Positions 1 to 9,287 of a stretch of DNA of 64,000 bases are shown here, one piece after another. Made by a program: the position numbers and the translations under genes. Source of the DNA: a virus; the IMG/VR virus record IMGVR_UViG_3300012948_000003, positions 32,001 to 96,000 of that record, one strand, 5' to 3'. Position 1 is the stretch's first letter; the number at the start of each line of letters is the position of its first letter. The notes under the pieces are model-generated. The model saw only the letters and a list, made by a program, of their open reading frames with translations. It was not told where the DNA came from and ran no database searches.

Positions 1-3000
1 GAATGGATAATTTGTCGGGTCCTCTTCGGGATTCTTGTGAGCATGCACATCTACCATTATCCTGTTCGGAAGCATTACCGCTTCATTGGTTGGCAGGCTG
101 ATCTCTTTGACGAACTGCGGCAAGCCGTTATTCAATACTTGTACGCGACCTAAGTACTGTGGGCTCATTTCATCAGAGCCGTAAATTTCTATATCAGCAC
201 CGGGTACTGTCATACTGCGTATTAGCTTGACAGGGATATTGTCGGGATGCCTTGCATCTTCCGCTGTGATCTGCTTCCCGTTGATATTCATATCGAAGTC
301 ATACGGAAGTCGATGACGCGCCAAAAACTCAGCTGCTTGAGTTGCCAGACCGTTAGTTCCGGTTTCCTCCATCTGGAACTTTGTATTCTCAGCTTCCTGA
401 AAAGGCTCGCGTACTTGCAGCCGCAGGAGCGTACCTGTTGGTTCCGGTTTGTCTAAAACGCGAGTCTCAAACTTCAAGCCTCCTTCCATCGGACGAGACC
501 ATTGCATATACGCTGGTCGGTCATCGCGGTGCAGGCTAGTAACAATAGACTCGTGGTACTTCCCAGTTTCAGGATCGCGATAGACCGTACGTACGTCTGC
601 CTTTTCAGCATTCCCCATCAACGCGGCTATCGCGATGCCGAGTCCGCCTGAAGCGCCTTGCTCCTTTCCCCACGTGCCACCTATGTTGACGAATTGATTC
701 TTTACGACATCTGGAGGCATTCCAGTGCCGTTATCTTGAATCCGTATCATTCGGTTAGCTGTATTGACAGTGAGTTCAATGTGTCCTCGTTCACCTTCCT
801 TGAAGTCCATTCTGCGAAGCGCGTCTACTGCATTCTGTAATCCCTCCTTTACCATCGTCCGGGGAAGATTACCCTTGTAGAGTCCGCCTATCATAATCGC
901 TTGCAGGCGTGGCTCAATCCCCATCCCGATCTCGCCCTCACGGACCTCGATCTTCGAAGGACGCTCCGGGAATGCTCTACTGAGAAGGACATTTTCTTCT
1001 GATGGATCGTAGGTGCCTATATTGCCAGTGGCGCTCTTGATCTGTTTAGGATCGAAGGCAATATAGGAATCTTCGGCTGTCGGCCACCGCTTCTTGAAAT
1101 CGGCATCAGTCATCCGGTTGCCAAACATGAAAGCAGCCATTAGGTCCCGGTTAACGCCTTCGCGACGATTCAGGTAAACGATTCCATCATAGCCTGAGTC
1201 AGTAATAATCTTTCTCAGCTTCTCATTGAGTCTTTGATGAACCGCTCCGCCTATTCCGGTTTTGGCATATACCCTGTCGAGCAGCTTATCGTGCTCGCGA
1301 TCCGAAATCAGTCCTGCATCGTAGAGCTGTGGGATTATTTCCTCTGGTCTGAAGTTACCGTTATCGACCATGCGCAACGGGTTCTTCATCGAGAGATAGA
1401 CGGGCATTACATTTGTTCCTTCGCCCTCTATTCCTTTTCTGCCCTGCTTCAACATCATTGTTTCGGCAAGGTCGTTGACTTGATTTTGAGTTCCGAAATG
1501 CGTACCTATTTCATCTGTATCGGCTCTTCGACCTTTCGTGTCGAAGGTATGGAAGTCTTCATTCGTGACGTGTTGCAGAACTTTCGGCGAACCATCGGGC
1601 TCCTTCAACCCTTCATAGTTACCTTCAGTGAATTTCTCCAGCGGTGTTCCTAACGCCTCTGCGCCCATTGGAACCTCTCTCATGAAAGGTCCGAGCTTAA
1701 GCCGTTCTTCCTTCTTCTTCGGGAATCTCTTCGCGAGTAGAGTACCCTCCTTTTCGTCTGGATGCGCAATCAGCGCAAGTTTTAGTTGTCTTTGTGCCTC
1801 CTGCGGAAATTCTTTTAAAAGAAAAGGGTGTTCTCCACGAACAGAGTCATATGCATCTTTCAGATAATCGACAGCAGCGGTCGCTTCTGGCGTCATCCGT
1901 CCAGCCTGAGCCCCCTCCAGACCTTTTGCCAGCGATCCAATAGGGTTCTCGTGAGACGCAAGAATGGACTTGACTGTGTCTATTGTATCTTCAAGGTCAT
2001 GTCCCGGCTTACGTGTAGGTAGGATTACTTTCGATATCTCTTCGATTGCGTCATCCAGCATCTTACGACGATCAGGCGTAGTCGTGTGATAGTCTCTCCA
2101 GAACTGAGTCCGTCGTTCTTCGACATCGGCAGGTACCTGACCAATCCTTCTAAATGGAGCTGTGGTCTTGAATGCTTTGACCTTCTTTGAAAGCAGAGGT
2201 TCGTCTTCGGTCGGATGCACTATTTGGTTCCGGTTGAAGATCAGCATCTCTTCTCGCGGACCCGGTCTCATATTCCGCATGATGATCGCGTCGTGACCTT
2301 CCGACTCTGCCCAGTCTCGTAGACCTTGAAGATCATTGCTATCCCGAACTTCATACTTGTTTCCATTATGCGAGTAGACGTCGAACGGTAAGGTCTGCGT
2401 GTTGGCAATAGGATCGACAAACATTCCCTCCGGTGTTTCATCGATTATGTTTAATCGCGGACTCAGCTTGCCATTAACTGTTTGCAGGACCTCTTCGGGA
2501 TCGATAATCAGCGGGTTCCTGACGCGGACCTGCGTACTAACGACGTGACGTCCGTAGTATCGCGCAGTGTCTTCATCCTGACCAAAGTAAATTCCCTTCC
2601 CGAGACTACCGGGATAGCCGGGCTCGCGCTCTTCGAGATTCTCTGGAGTAAGAGTGTCGTCGTCGCTGCCGTGATGCGCTTCGAGTATTTGTTCGTCCGG
2701 GAATCGTCTTGACAGTTCTGGTTCTTCGCCGGGCTTAGGCACGAGTGAGAGCTTCCGCGTCTTCGGAGTCAGTTGATCAAGAGTTTCTTCGACTAGGTTA
2801 CGTCCGACTGATCGATGCGAGCGTCCAGTGTTGATCGGTACTAGCTCGCCGTATTTCCGAACGTACTCTTCCTTGAGTCTATCAACTCCGCCGCGATAGC
2901 CTTCCTTGTATCGTTGATCGGCGTACCTGTCGAATGTCAAGAGGTATTGATTGTCTAGTTCTTTTAAGTCTTCAGGTGAGAGTGAGGCGAGCTTATCCTC

Positions 3001-6000
3001 TAAGCGCTTCTTTAAGAACTTCGCTCTACCGGGTAGGACTTTGCCACCGAAGCGCTTTGCGAGCTGAGGATTGTCCTCGTAGAACTGGTTTAGTTCTTCC
3101 TGCTCGTTGCGTTCCATTTCTTCAAGGTCTGCTTCGAGCGGAGACTTCCCGTAGGGATACGCTGGCTCAGTCGCTCCGTGATCTTGAGGAAATTCGCGAG
3201 ACTCGAATGGTAACTCTAGCTGTTCTGCCTGCGGTACTCCTCCTCGACCGCGCTGTCCCCGCCTTGTCGGTACGCCTCCAGCAATCGGTGGAGGCGATCC
3301 AGAGACTCCGGGGTAAGGCTCGACTCCGGTTGGTTGAACAGATCGGGGAGGTCCTCCTTCAGTCGCTGCTGTACTTCCTCCCGGCTCAAGATTTGCATAT
3401 CCTCTTTCCGTAGCGGATTCGGTCTGTAGACGCGCCCTCTTCTCTTCATAAAACCTCCGGTTCTCTTGTCTGACTTCTAACGCGGCTCGCTGTAATACGC
3501 TTTCTGCCGCATCGCCATAATGTTCGTTAAGAGTCCTGATAACATGTTTCACTAATCGCGCCTGTTCGTCAAGGGAAAGACGGAAATTTGGCGGCGCGGT
3601 AGGTTCGGCTAAATTTCTACTGCCGCCACCTACATGGCCTATTACTTCCATTGCTCGGACTATTGGATCATTGTCGTAACCTTTGGCGGCAAGTATCATA
3701 TCCATTTTTAAAGCCGCCAATTCGTCATGTGTCAGGTCGTTAATATCTTCTTTTTCAAACCCGAACAGTGCATTAGTAAAGCTCGCAACTCGTTCCCGAT
3801 CCTCAAGTCTCGGAAACGAATTACGAAGCACTGTCATTGCGGAATGAGTACCCTCATGACGAATAGTTGTAATAAACGCTCGTAATCCCTTCGCGCCTTC
3901 CATCCCCGGTTCTGTACCTGTATACGGGCTTACTATTTCATACGCTGGTTCGTTCTTTTGATAAGCGTCCACTAGATCGCGGTAAAGCGTATAAAGAGGA
4001 CTACTGGGAGGAAGATCGAAGAACTGTATTGTCTTCCCTAGTTCGTATGCCAGCTTACCGTAGCCATCGCGCTTCATACTTGCGCCGTCCGCCTCTTGAA
4101 CGTCCATTATCGTACCAAGAACTCGACCAGCAGCATCGTTCAGAAAAGCTCGACGTATTCGCCCCGGTCGTGGCGACTCTTCCGCCTGTCGCCTCTGTGC
4201 GAACTTCACCGATATTCTGCGAGAAGTGACATCGCGATCATCCAGCGCTCTGTCGGAAGTACTATTAAGCGATAGCAGCGGAGGCTCTGACGGTTCGCCT
4301 GCGAGATAGCCCGGCAGGTCTCGCTCAAGGTCATCCTGATTAATGAGCCGCTCACCAACCGGGACGCCTTGCGACGTATAACCTAATCCTCTCGCTTCGC
4401 TATGGCCCAGTGCCGCATACGCTACTCGCTCCGCATCCCACATGCGCTCTTGAACTTCAGCAGGCTTGATACGGAGCTGCCGTGCAACCTGTCGCCACGC
4501 TTCATCAGCGAGACGTCGCATCTTGATATTCTCTTGATTTAGTTTACCTCCCCACGGTTGATCGCTGATCGGTCTGCCGAAGTATCGCGCCATCGTGCGA
4601 GCATACCAGAGGTCCTTCGTGATCGGTCCGAACTCTCCCCAGCGATTCAAGATATAGCTTCCCTGCTTTGGAGAACTATCCCCTAACGCAAACACGCCGA
4701 AGGACGGATTGACTTTATCAAGATACTCGTGCTTCTTGATCTTCTTAGCAGCGTCCTTCCCGATCATATCAACGATCTCGCTCCACGGATGCTTTGTAGC
4801 CATCCAGTCGATTGCTGCACCGAGATCGCCATCGAACCTTGTAGTCAGTAGCTCATTGAACCGATTAAGGCTTCGGATATTGAATGCCTTCGTCAGCTTT
4901 GCCCGTTTCGTTGGATGACGTAATTCCTCATTGCCCTTCCGGATGAAAGTCTTCTTCCCGGTCGCTGCATCGATGTAGACTGGTTGCCTTATTTCTTTCC
5001 CGGTCACGGGATCGAACTTCAATCCTGCTTCTCTTCTAGGTACCCACTCTGTCGGAATCCAGTCTGCTTTCTGTCGCGTTCGAGTATAGTAATCGTATAC
5101 TGGCTTAAGTCCGCCGAGTCCGGTAGCTGTGCCTGTACGTACATATTCATCGAACGCTCGCATCCCGTATGCGGTGTCCATACCGGGAGGCTGAGCGCCG
5201 GATGCATACGCAGAAAGCATATGAAGGAAAGAAATCTCCGGATCGGTTAACTGACGATCATAGCGACCTTCCGCCCACTTCTGAAGCAACGGATTAGTTC
5301 TTTCGGTGATATCTGTCGAATAGAACGGCACATAGTCTCGTGCGATCCTTCTCCACGCTCTTATTTCAGCGAGTGTATGCTTGACGATTGCTTCTATTGC
5401 ACGGCGCTGACCAGAAGGCGTATTTAGATTCATTCCACGGGTAACAACCGGACGTCTCGCCCCGTATGCACCGAGCCACTCCTTTGATTTCTTCAGCGCC
5501 TGCTTCGCTCGACCTGTCCCAACGACCGGGAATGGAGGCTCACCTCGTAGGAAGCGCTCGATCTGTAGAAGCGGTGGTTCGATATCGGGTTCGGGTTCTT
5601 CGACCTCAGCCCATTGAGAGTCTCTCTCTGGCATAACAGGTCTGAAGTGTTTCATGAATAGGATATTGCCTTCGTCATCCCTCAGTTCCTGTTGTGCTCG
5701 CTTGTAGGCTTCGGGGAAATGCTCCTTTGCGACGTCTGGATAATTGGCAAGTAACTGCTCCCAGTCGGTCGGGTATTCCGGTTGCCCTGCATCCCGACGT
5801 CCTACGTTAATCGAATCCATGATTGACTTGAATTTCTCGGGACTAAAGAACGCAGGACCTTCAATGCCGATATCTGCCCACTCGACACGTGGCAGGTCTA
5901 AGTTCTTACCTCTCGCCGTCCAGTGGGATCGTCCTTGTTCATCACGAACAAGAGTCTCGCCATTAGGCAATCGTCCGATAGCAGTGACATTGCCCCAGTC

Positions 6001-9000
6001 TTTCCGCCAGCCCGGAATCATAGGAGCGTTCTCGCCCAGTTCACCATGACGTTGCTCAGCGAAAGCATCCTGTTGCTCTTTGGGCGTCATCGCCTTCGCT
6101 GGTGCTTCCGCTGGCTTCGGTGCTCCGACGAAGGCAGGGATACCTTTCTCGATCAGCTCTTCGCCGGGTATTACTGGCGGAGCTGGCGGAGGCAATGTTA
6201 CCGCTGGTGCTCTTGCTGCCGCCTCTGCCTCTTCGGCTGTCGGCTCACCTCGACCTCTGAATTCTTCTGGCTCCTCCCAGCCTTCGGGCAGCGGTCGTTC
6301 CGGTACTTCATATGATCGCGGAGTAAAGCCCAACGAAGCCATACGAGCCCTGTAGTCTTCCGGTGATTCACCCGCGAGACGGTACCCGGCAGTTGACACA
6401 CGTCGTTCAGGACCCGCGTAAGGTGCAGGAACCGTTTCGGGTCCTTGTATTACTTGAGGAGCTGCTGGCGTAGGCTCTTCCCATGCTCCGTACTGCTGAC
6501 GAAGATGTTCGAGCTGCTCCGGTGTTGCTACTGGTTCTTCCGGTGGAGGCACTGCGGGAACTTCTTCCGGAGCTGGCGCACGACGACCCGCTTCGAGTTC
6601 TTCTCTGCTACGCCATCGGACTTGATAGCCAGTTATGTAGTTTGGTACTGCGCCTCTTCTGGTGGTTCGCGTGACGATCTCGCCTCTAGCGCCTTCTGGC
6701 AGATTCGCTAGGAACCTTTCAGCTGATTCTCTGCTGTTGCGTCCATAGACAGGACTCATTCTGTAATCCGGGCGCACGTCGGTCACATCTGAGATATCAT
6801 AGCTTCGTAGGGTTCCGTCTTCACCGATTACCTGTACCTTACTTCCTCTTCGTCTGACTACTTGTAGCGGCTCACCAGTGCCTCTTGTAGTTCTTCCAGT
6901 GTAGTAGACGACCTGCCCTTGTAATGCTGGAGTAGGAGTCTTGATTCTCTCTGGTCCTACGAGCGCTACTGGAATATCCGGACGACCCGGAGACCTCCAG
7001 ACATTATCTTCTCTCTGATACGGATACCATTTGCCTCCCACTTCTATGAAGGTGGTCGGCGTTGGAACTGGCGAGACGAATGGTTCACGGGCTCCCGGAA
7101 GCTCTTCGCCCGGTAGAGGTCTCGCTTCGAAACCTCTCTCTGCTACTTCAGGAGGAGCTGGAGCTGGCGGAGGTGGACCTGTCGGTGGCATTATTCCACG
7201 ACCGCGCATGATGTGATGCAGCTCTTCGAGATTCAGCGGCGGAGTATCATCAGGCAATGAATGAAAGACCTGTCGCTCGACATCATGCAATGGTCGTCCG
7301 AACTGTTCTCGTTCGAGATTCTCCGCTTCCGCATGTGCGCGTTCTTCTGCTCGTGCTCGATGCCATGCTGGAGTCGCTACTTGTAGACGTGCCGTACCGG
7401 GAACTACTTCGAAGCCGCGACCAGCTTCTTCAGCTGCACGGGGTCCACGTATCCTTGCCTCTTCCGCTCGGAACGCATCAGCGAGTTGCTGCTTTCTCTC
7501 GATTGGAAGCGCTGCCGCTTCTGCTGGCGTAATTCCTTGCCCGGCGAGAAACTCATTGAGCCGATTCCTCAGCCTTAGCTGTGCGGCAGACGGAGGTCCG
7601 ACTCCCGGTTCTGGAACACCGTACGCCGCAAAGCCCGGACCTTGTATTGGAGCTTGCTCAGCTATTGCCCTGCCTCGCTCACGGGCTTCATAAGCGGGAC
7701 CATGTGGGCCAGCTAATGCTTCAGTACCGTACATTAGGATGGCGTTCATCAGAGCCTGACGTTGACCTTCCGGCGTTGATAGATCAGGTAATCGACCTGA
7801 TACGATTGCTTGTGGAAGTTCAAATCCTCCGGTTGCTAATGCACCTCGTGCCGCTAATCCTCTTATTCCTCCCCACGGTACTTCGCTGGTAAGAGCGCCT
7901 GCGAGTTTCGCCCCGGCAGCGGTCGTTATACCATGCATGACCGCTTCTCTGTACGGCAGTCCCTGACCGAGAGCTTGCGTAAAGCTCATAATGCCAAGTC
8001 CGACGTTACCACCTCCAGCAGCGAACAACGGAATCAGCTCCGCAGCTGCACCAGCTACTTGTTCTGGTGTAAGCGGACCGGGCTGAGGAGCGCCGGGTCC
8101 TGTTGCTCCGACTTCCTGCCACGCTCGACCTGCCGTGCCCAATGCTCGACCTAACGGAGCAAGCGGTCTCATCTGAGAATACCCCAGCCGAGCATCCTCT
8201 AATAATCTCCCTGCGCCAGACAGCATAGCTCCGCCACCGCGACCCATCGCACCACCTATAAGCTCCAACGGCCAATCTAGTACATCTCCGCCTCTTGCCG
8301 CCAATTGCTCTATGTATGGTAATGCTGCTCGACGTCGTTGCTCTGCTGCGGCAGCAGCTTCCTGCGCCTGTCGCGCTTGCGTTGCTTGCTGTTCTGCGGC
8401 TAGCCATTGCTCACGGCGAGCGGCGATTGCTTCCGGCGTCATCTCGGGCGCACCAGCAGCAGCCATTCGACGAAGCGTTCTGCTTATCGGTTGGGTTACA
8501 CCACTCAGTGCTTGAACTGCTTGAAGCGCAGTCTGATATTCAGGAGATGTTAAGAGCTTTCGAACATCAGGAGGGAGCTTTTGGAGGGAGGTAGGAATCT
8601 TAAAAGGTTTCTTCGGGGCAGTTATCGACGGCCATTGTATTCCGGTGTTAGGATCAGTATCATATCGTACAGAGTAACCCCACTCCTGCTTGAGTTGATC
8701 GGCAACATTCGCTGCACCTTCGAGATCGCCTCGGGCTTTTAAGCTCTCGAAGTTCTGCGCTACGAGTTCGTCGGGACGTGGTTTCCATGCTGGAGCAGGA
8801 GCTGCTGGCGGAGGTGCAACAGGCGGAGCCGCTGGCGGAGCAGCGCCTTCATCCGGTAAGGCATCAGGGCTGATAGACCCCATTGCCGCGACATGTACAT
8901 GATTAGAATGTTTACCTATAGCACCTACCGATTGACCGCCTCGCCATCCACCAACAGGATCGTGATACAGTTCTGCCAGATTCGGACCGTAAGTATCCCG

Positions 9001-9270
9001 GAGATGCTCGGTGAATGCTCTCATCGACTCGGGCGCACCTGTAAAGTCCCAGCCCTCACCAGCGACGTGCATCGAACCCGGTCTACCACCTACGGCGCGA
9101 TTATGCGCAGGCGTACGCTTTGCCGACGAGAGAGTCAGACCATAACCCTGAGCTTCTCGCGTCAGCGTCTCTTGAGGATTAGCCCCGAGGTCTGCCCACT
9201 GCGGCAAGTCCTCTGGATTAATCGGCGCTAATGCCTGCGGGTTTTGTTGGAATTGTGATGGGTCTTCCAT
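1..9270 (-). CDS. Giant polyvalent virion/ejection protein (>3090 aa, 3' end outside window): N-terminal M15-like peptidase, HhH-GPD/DUF7178-like domain, zincin metallopeptidase, two ART-PolyVal-like ADP-ribosyltransferase domains
   Basis: ATG at 9270 (MEDPSQFQQNPQ). No closed ORF in this frame appears in the track and hand-translated blocks are open, so it runs off position 1. Motifs: SAKRTPAHNRAVGGRPGSMHVAGEGWDF..HSNHVHV (~8890-9130); SPKQGSYILNRWGEFGPITKDLWYAR..EVQERMWDAER (~4400-4700); HEGTH (3844-3858); AHHGS..GKGIYFG..ARYYG..NPL..GHDAII..EMLIFNRNQI (~2220-2690); DGSPKVLQHVT..HFGT..NVMPVYLSMKNPL..GYDGIVYLN..SYIAFDPKQIKSATGN (~990-1610). Confidence 0.88.
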   Translation of the reverse strand, partial: MEDPSQFQQNPQALAPINPEDLPQWADLGANPQETLTREAQGYGLTLSSAKRTPAHNRAVGGRPGSMHVAGEGWDFTGAPESMRAFTEHLRDTYGPNLAELYHDPVGGWRGGQSVGAIGKHSNHVHVAAMGSISPDALPDEGAAPPAAPPVAPPPAAPAPAWKPRPDELVAQNFESLKARGDLEGAANVADQLKQEWGYSVRYDTDPNTGIQWPSITAPKKPFKIPTSLQKLPPDVRKLLTSPEYQTALQAVQALSGVTQPISRTLRRMAAAGAPEMTPEAIAARREQWLAAEQQATQARQAQEAAAAAEQRRRAALPYIEQLAARGGDVLDWPLELIGGAMGRGGGAMLSGAGRLLEDARLGYSQMRPLAPLGRALGTAGRAWQEVGATGPGAPQPGPLTPEQVAGAAAELIPLFAAGGGNVGLGIMSFTQALGQGLPYREAVMHGITTAAGAKLAGALTSEVPWGGIRGLAARGALATGGFELPQAIVSGRLPDLSTPEGQRQALMNAILMYGTEALAGPHGPAYEARERGRAIAEQAPIQGPGFAAYGVPEPGVGPPSAAQLRLRNRLNEFLAGQGITPAEAAALPIERKQQLADAFRAEEARIRGPRAAEEAGRGFEVVPGTARLQVATPAWHRARAEERAHAEAENLEREQFGRPLHDVERQVFHSLPDDTPPLNLEELHHIMRGRGIMPPTGPPPPAPAPPEVAERGFEARPLPGEELPGAREPFVSPVPTPTTFIEVGGKWYPYQREDNVWRSPGRPDIPVALVGPERIKTPTPALQGQVVYYTGRTTRGTGEPLQVVRRRGSKVQVIGEDGTLRSYDISDVTDVRPDYRMSPVYGRNSRESAERFLANLPEGARGEIVTRTTRRGAVPNYITGYQVRWRSREELEAGRRAPAPEEVPAVPPPEEPVATPEQLEHLRQQYGAWEEPTPAAPQVIQGPETVPAPYAGPERRVSTAGYRLAGESPEDYRARMASLGFTPRSYEVPERPLPEGWEEPEEFRGRGEPTAEEAEAAARAPAVTLPPPAPPVIPGEELIEKGIPAFVGAPKPAEAPAKAMTPKEQQDAFAEQRHGELGENAPMIPGWRKDWGNVTAIGRLPNGETLVRDEQGRSHWTARGKNLDLPRVEWADIGIEGPAFFSPEKFKSIMDSINVGRRDAGQPEYPTDWEQLLANYPDVAKEHFPEAYKRAQQELRDDEGNILFMKHFRPVMPERDSQWAEVEEPEPDIEPPLLQIERFLRGEPPFPVVGTGRAKQALKKSKEWLGAYGARRPVVTRGMNLNTPSGQRRAIEAIVKHTLAEIRAWRRIARDYVPFYSTDITERTNPLLQKWAEGRYDRQLTDPEISFLHMLSAYASGAQPPGMDTAYGMRAFDEYVRTGTATGLGGLKPVYDYYTRTRQKADWIPTEWVPRREAGLKFDPVTGKEIRQPVYIDAATGKKTFIRKGNEELRHPTKRAKLTKAFNIRSLNRFNELLTTRFDGDLGAAIDWMATKHPWSEIVDMIGKDAAKKIKKHEYLDKVNPSFGVFALGDSSPKQGSYILNRWGEFGPITKDLWYARTMARYFGRPISDQPWGGKLNQENIKMRRLADEAWRQVARQLRIKPAEVQERMWDAERVAYAALGHSEARGLGYTSQGVPVGERLINQDDLERDLPGYLAGEPSEPPLLSLNSTSDRALDDRDVTSRRISVKFAQRRQAEESPRPGRIRRAFLNDAAGRVLGTIMDVQEADGASMKRDGYGKLAYELGKTIQFFDLPPSSPLYTLYRDLVDAYQKNEPAYEIVSPYTGTEPGMEGAKGLRAFITTIRHEGTHSAMTVLRNSFPRLEDRERVASFTNALFGFEKEDINDLTHDELAALKMDMILAAKGYDNDPIVRAMEVIGHVGGGSRNLAEPTAPPNFRLSLDEQARLVKHVIRTLNEHYGDAAESVLQRAALEVRQENRRFYEEKRARLQTESATERGYANLEPGGSTAATEGGPPRSVQPTGVEPYPGVSGSPPPIAGGVPTRRGQRGRGGVPQAEQLELPFESREFPQDHGATEPAYPYGKSPLEADLEEMERNEQEELNQFYEDNPQLAKRFGGKVLPGRAKFLKKRLEDKLASLSPEDLKELDNQYLLTFDRYADQRYKEGYRGGVDRLKEEYVRKYGELVPINTGRSHRSVGRNLVEETLDQLTPKTRKLSLVPKPGEEPELSRRFPDEQILEAHHGSDDDTLTPENLEEREPGYPGSLGKGIYFGQDEDTARYYGRHVVSTQVRVRNPLIIDPEEVLQTVNGKLSPRLNIIDETPEGMFVDPIANTQTLPFDVYSHNGNKYEVRDSNDLQGLRDWAESEGHDAIIMRNMRPGPREEMLIFNRNQIVHPTEDEPLLSKKVKAFKTTAPFRRIGQVPADVEERRTQFWRDYHTTTPDRRKMLDDAIEEISKVILPTRKPGHDLEDTIDTVKSILASHENPIGSLAKGLEGAQAGRMTPEATAAVDYLKDAYDSVRGEHPFLLKEFPQEAQRQLKLALIAHPDEKEGTLLAKRFPKKKEERLKLGPFMREVPMGAEALGTPLEKFTEGNYEGLKEPDGSPKVLQHVTNEDFHTFDTKGRRADTDEIGTHFGTQNQVNDLAETMMLKQGRKGIEGEGTNVMPVYLSMKNPLRMVDNGNFRPEEIIPQLYDAGLISDREHDKLLDRVYAKTGIGGAVHQRLNEKLRKIITDSGYDGIVYLNRREGVNRDLMAAFMFGNRMTDADFKKRWPTAEDSYIAFDPKQIKSATGNIGTYDPSEENVLLSRAFPERPSKIEVREGEIGMGIEPRLQAIMIGGLYKGNLPRTMVKEGLQNAVDALRRMDFKEGERGHIELTVNTANRMIRIQDNGTGMPPDVVKNQFVNIGGTWGKEQGASGGLGIAIAALMGNAEKADVRTVYRDPETGKYHESIVTSLHRDDRPAYMQWSRPMEGGLKFETRVLDKPEPTGTLLRLQVREPFQEAENTKFQMEETGTNGLATQAAEFLARHRLPYDFDMNINGKQITAEDARHPDNIPVKLIRSMTVPGADIEIYGSDEMSPQYLGRVQVLNNGLPQFVKEISLPTNEAVMLPNRIMVDVHAHKNPEEDPTNYPF
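1810..1823. repeat. Palindrome TTCTTTTAAAAGAA copy 1 (inside giant ORF)
   Basis: Exact match. Confidence 0.9.
3216..3449 (-). CDS. Small helical protein nested out of frame inside the giant ORF
   Basis: 77-aa ORF preceded by GGAGG-TTTT-ATG; protein-like composition while the host frame becomes G/P/R-rich low complexity. Confidence 0.5.
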   Translation of the reverse strand: MKRRGRVYRPNPLRKEDMQILSREEVQQRLKEDLPDLFNQPESSLTPESLDRLHRLLEAYRQGGDSAVEEEYRRQNS

Positions 9271-9287
9271 TTTCTTTTAAAAGAAAA
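9270..9287. repeat. Palindrome copy 2 (18-bp form, fills the TAA-ATG gap)
   Basis: TTTTCTTTTAAAAGAAAA. Confidence 0.95.

Noticed and set aside
9270-9287. The 18-bp (9+9) palindrome as the target of the array's paired spacers
   Set aside because: No spacer I read equals TTTTCTTTT or AAAAGAAAA; the length match looks coincidental
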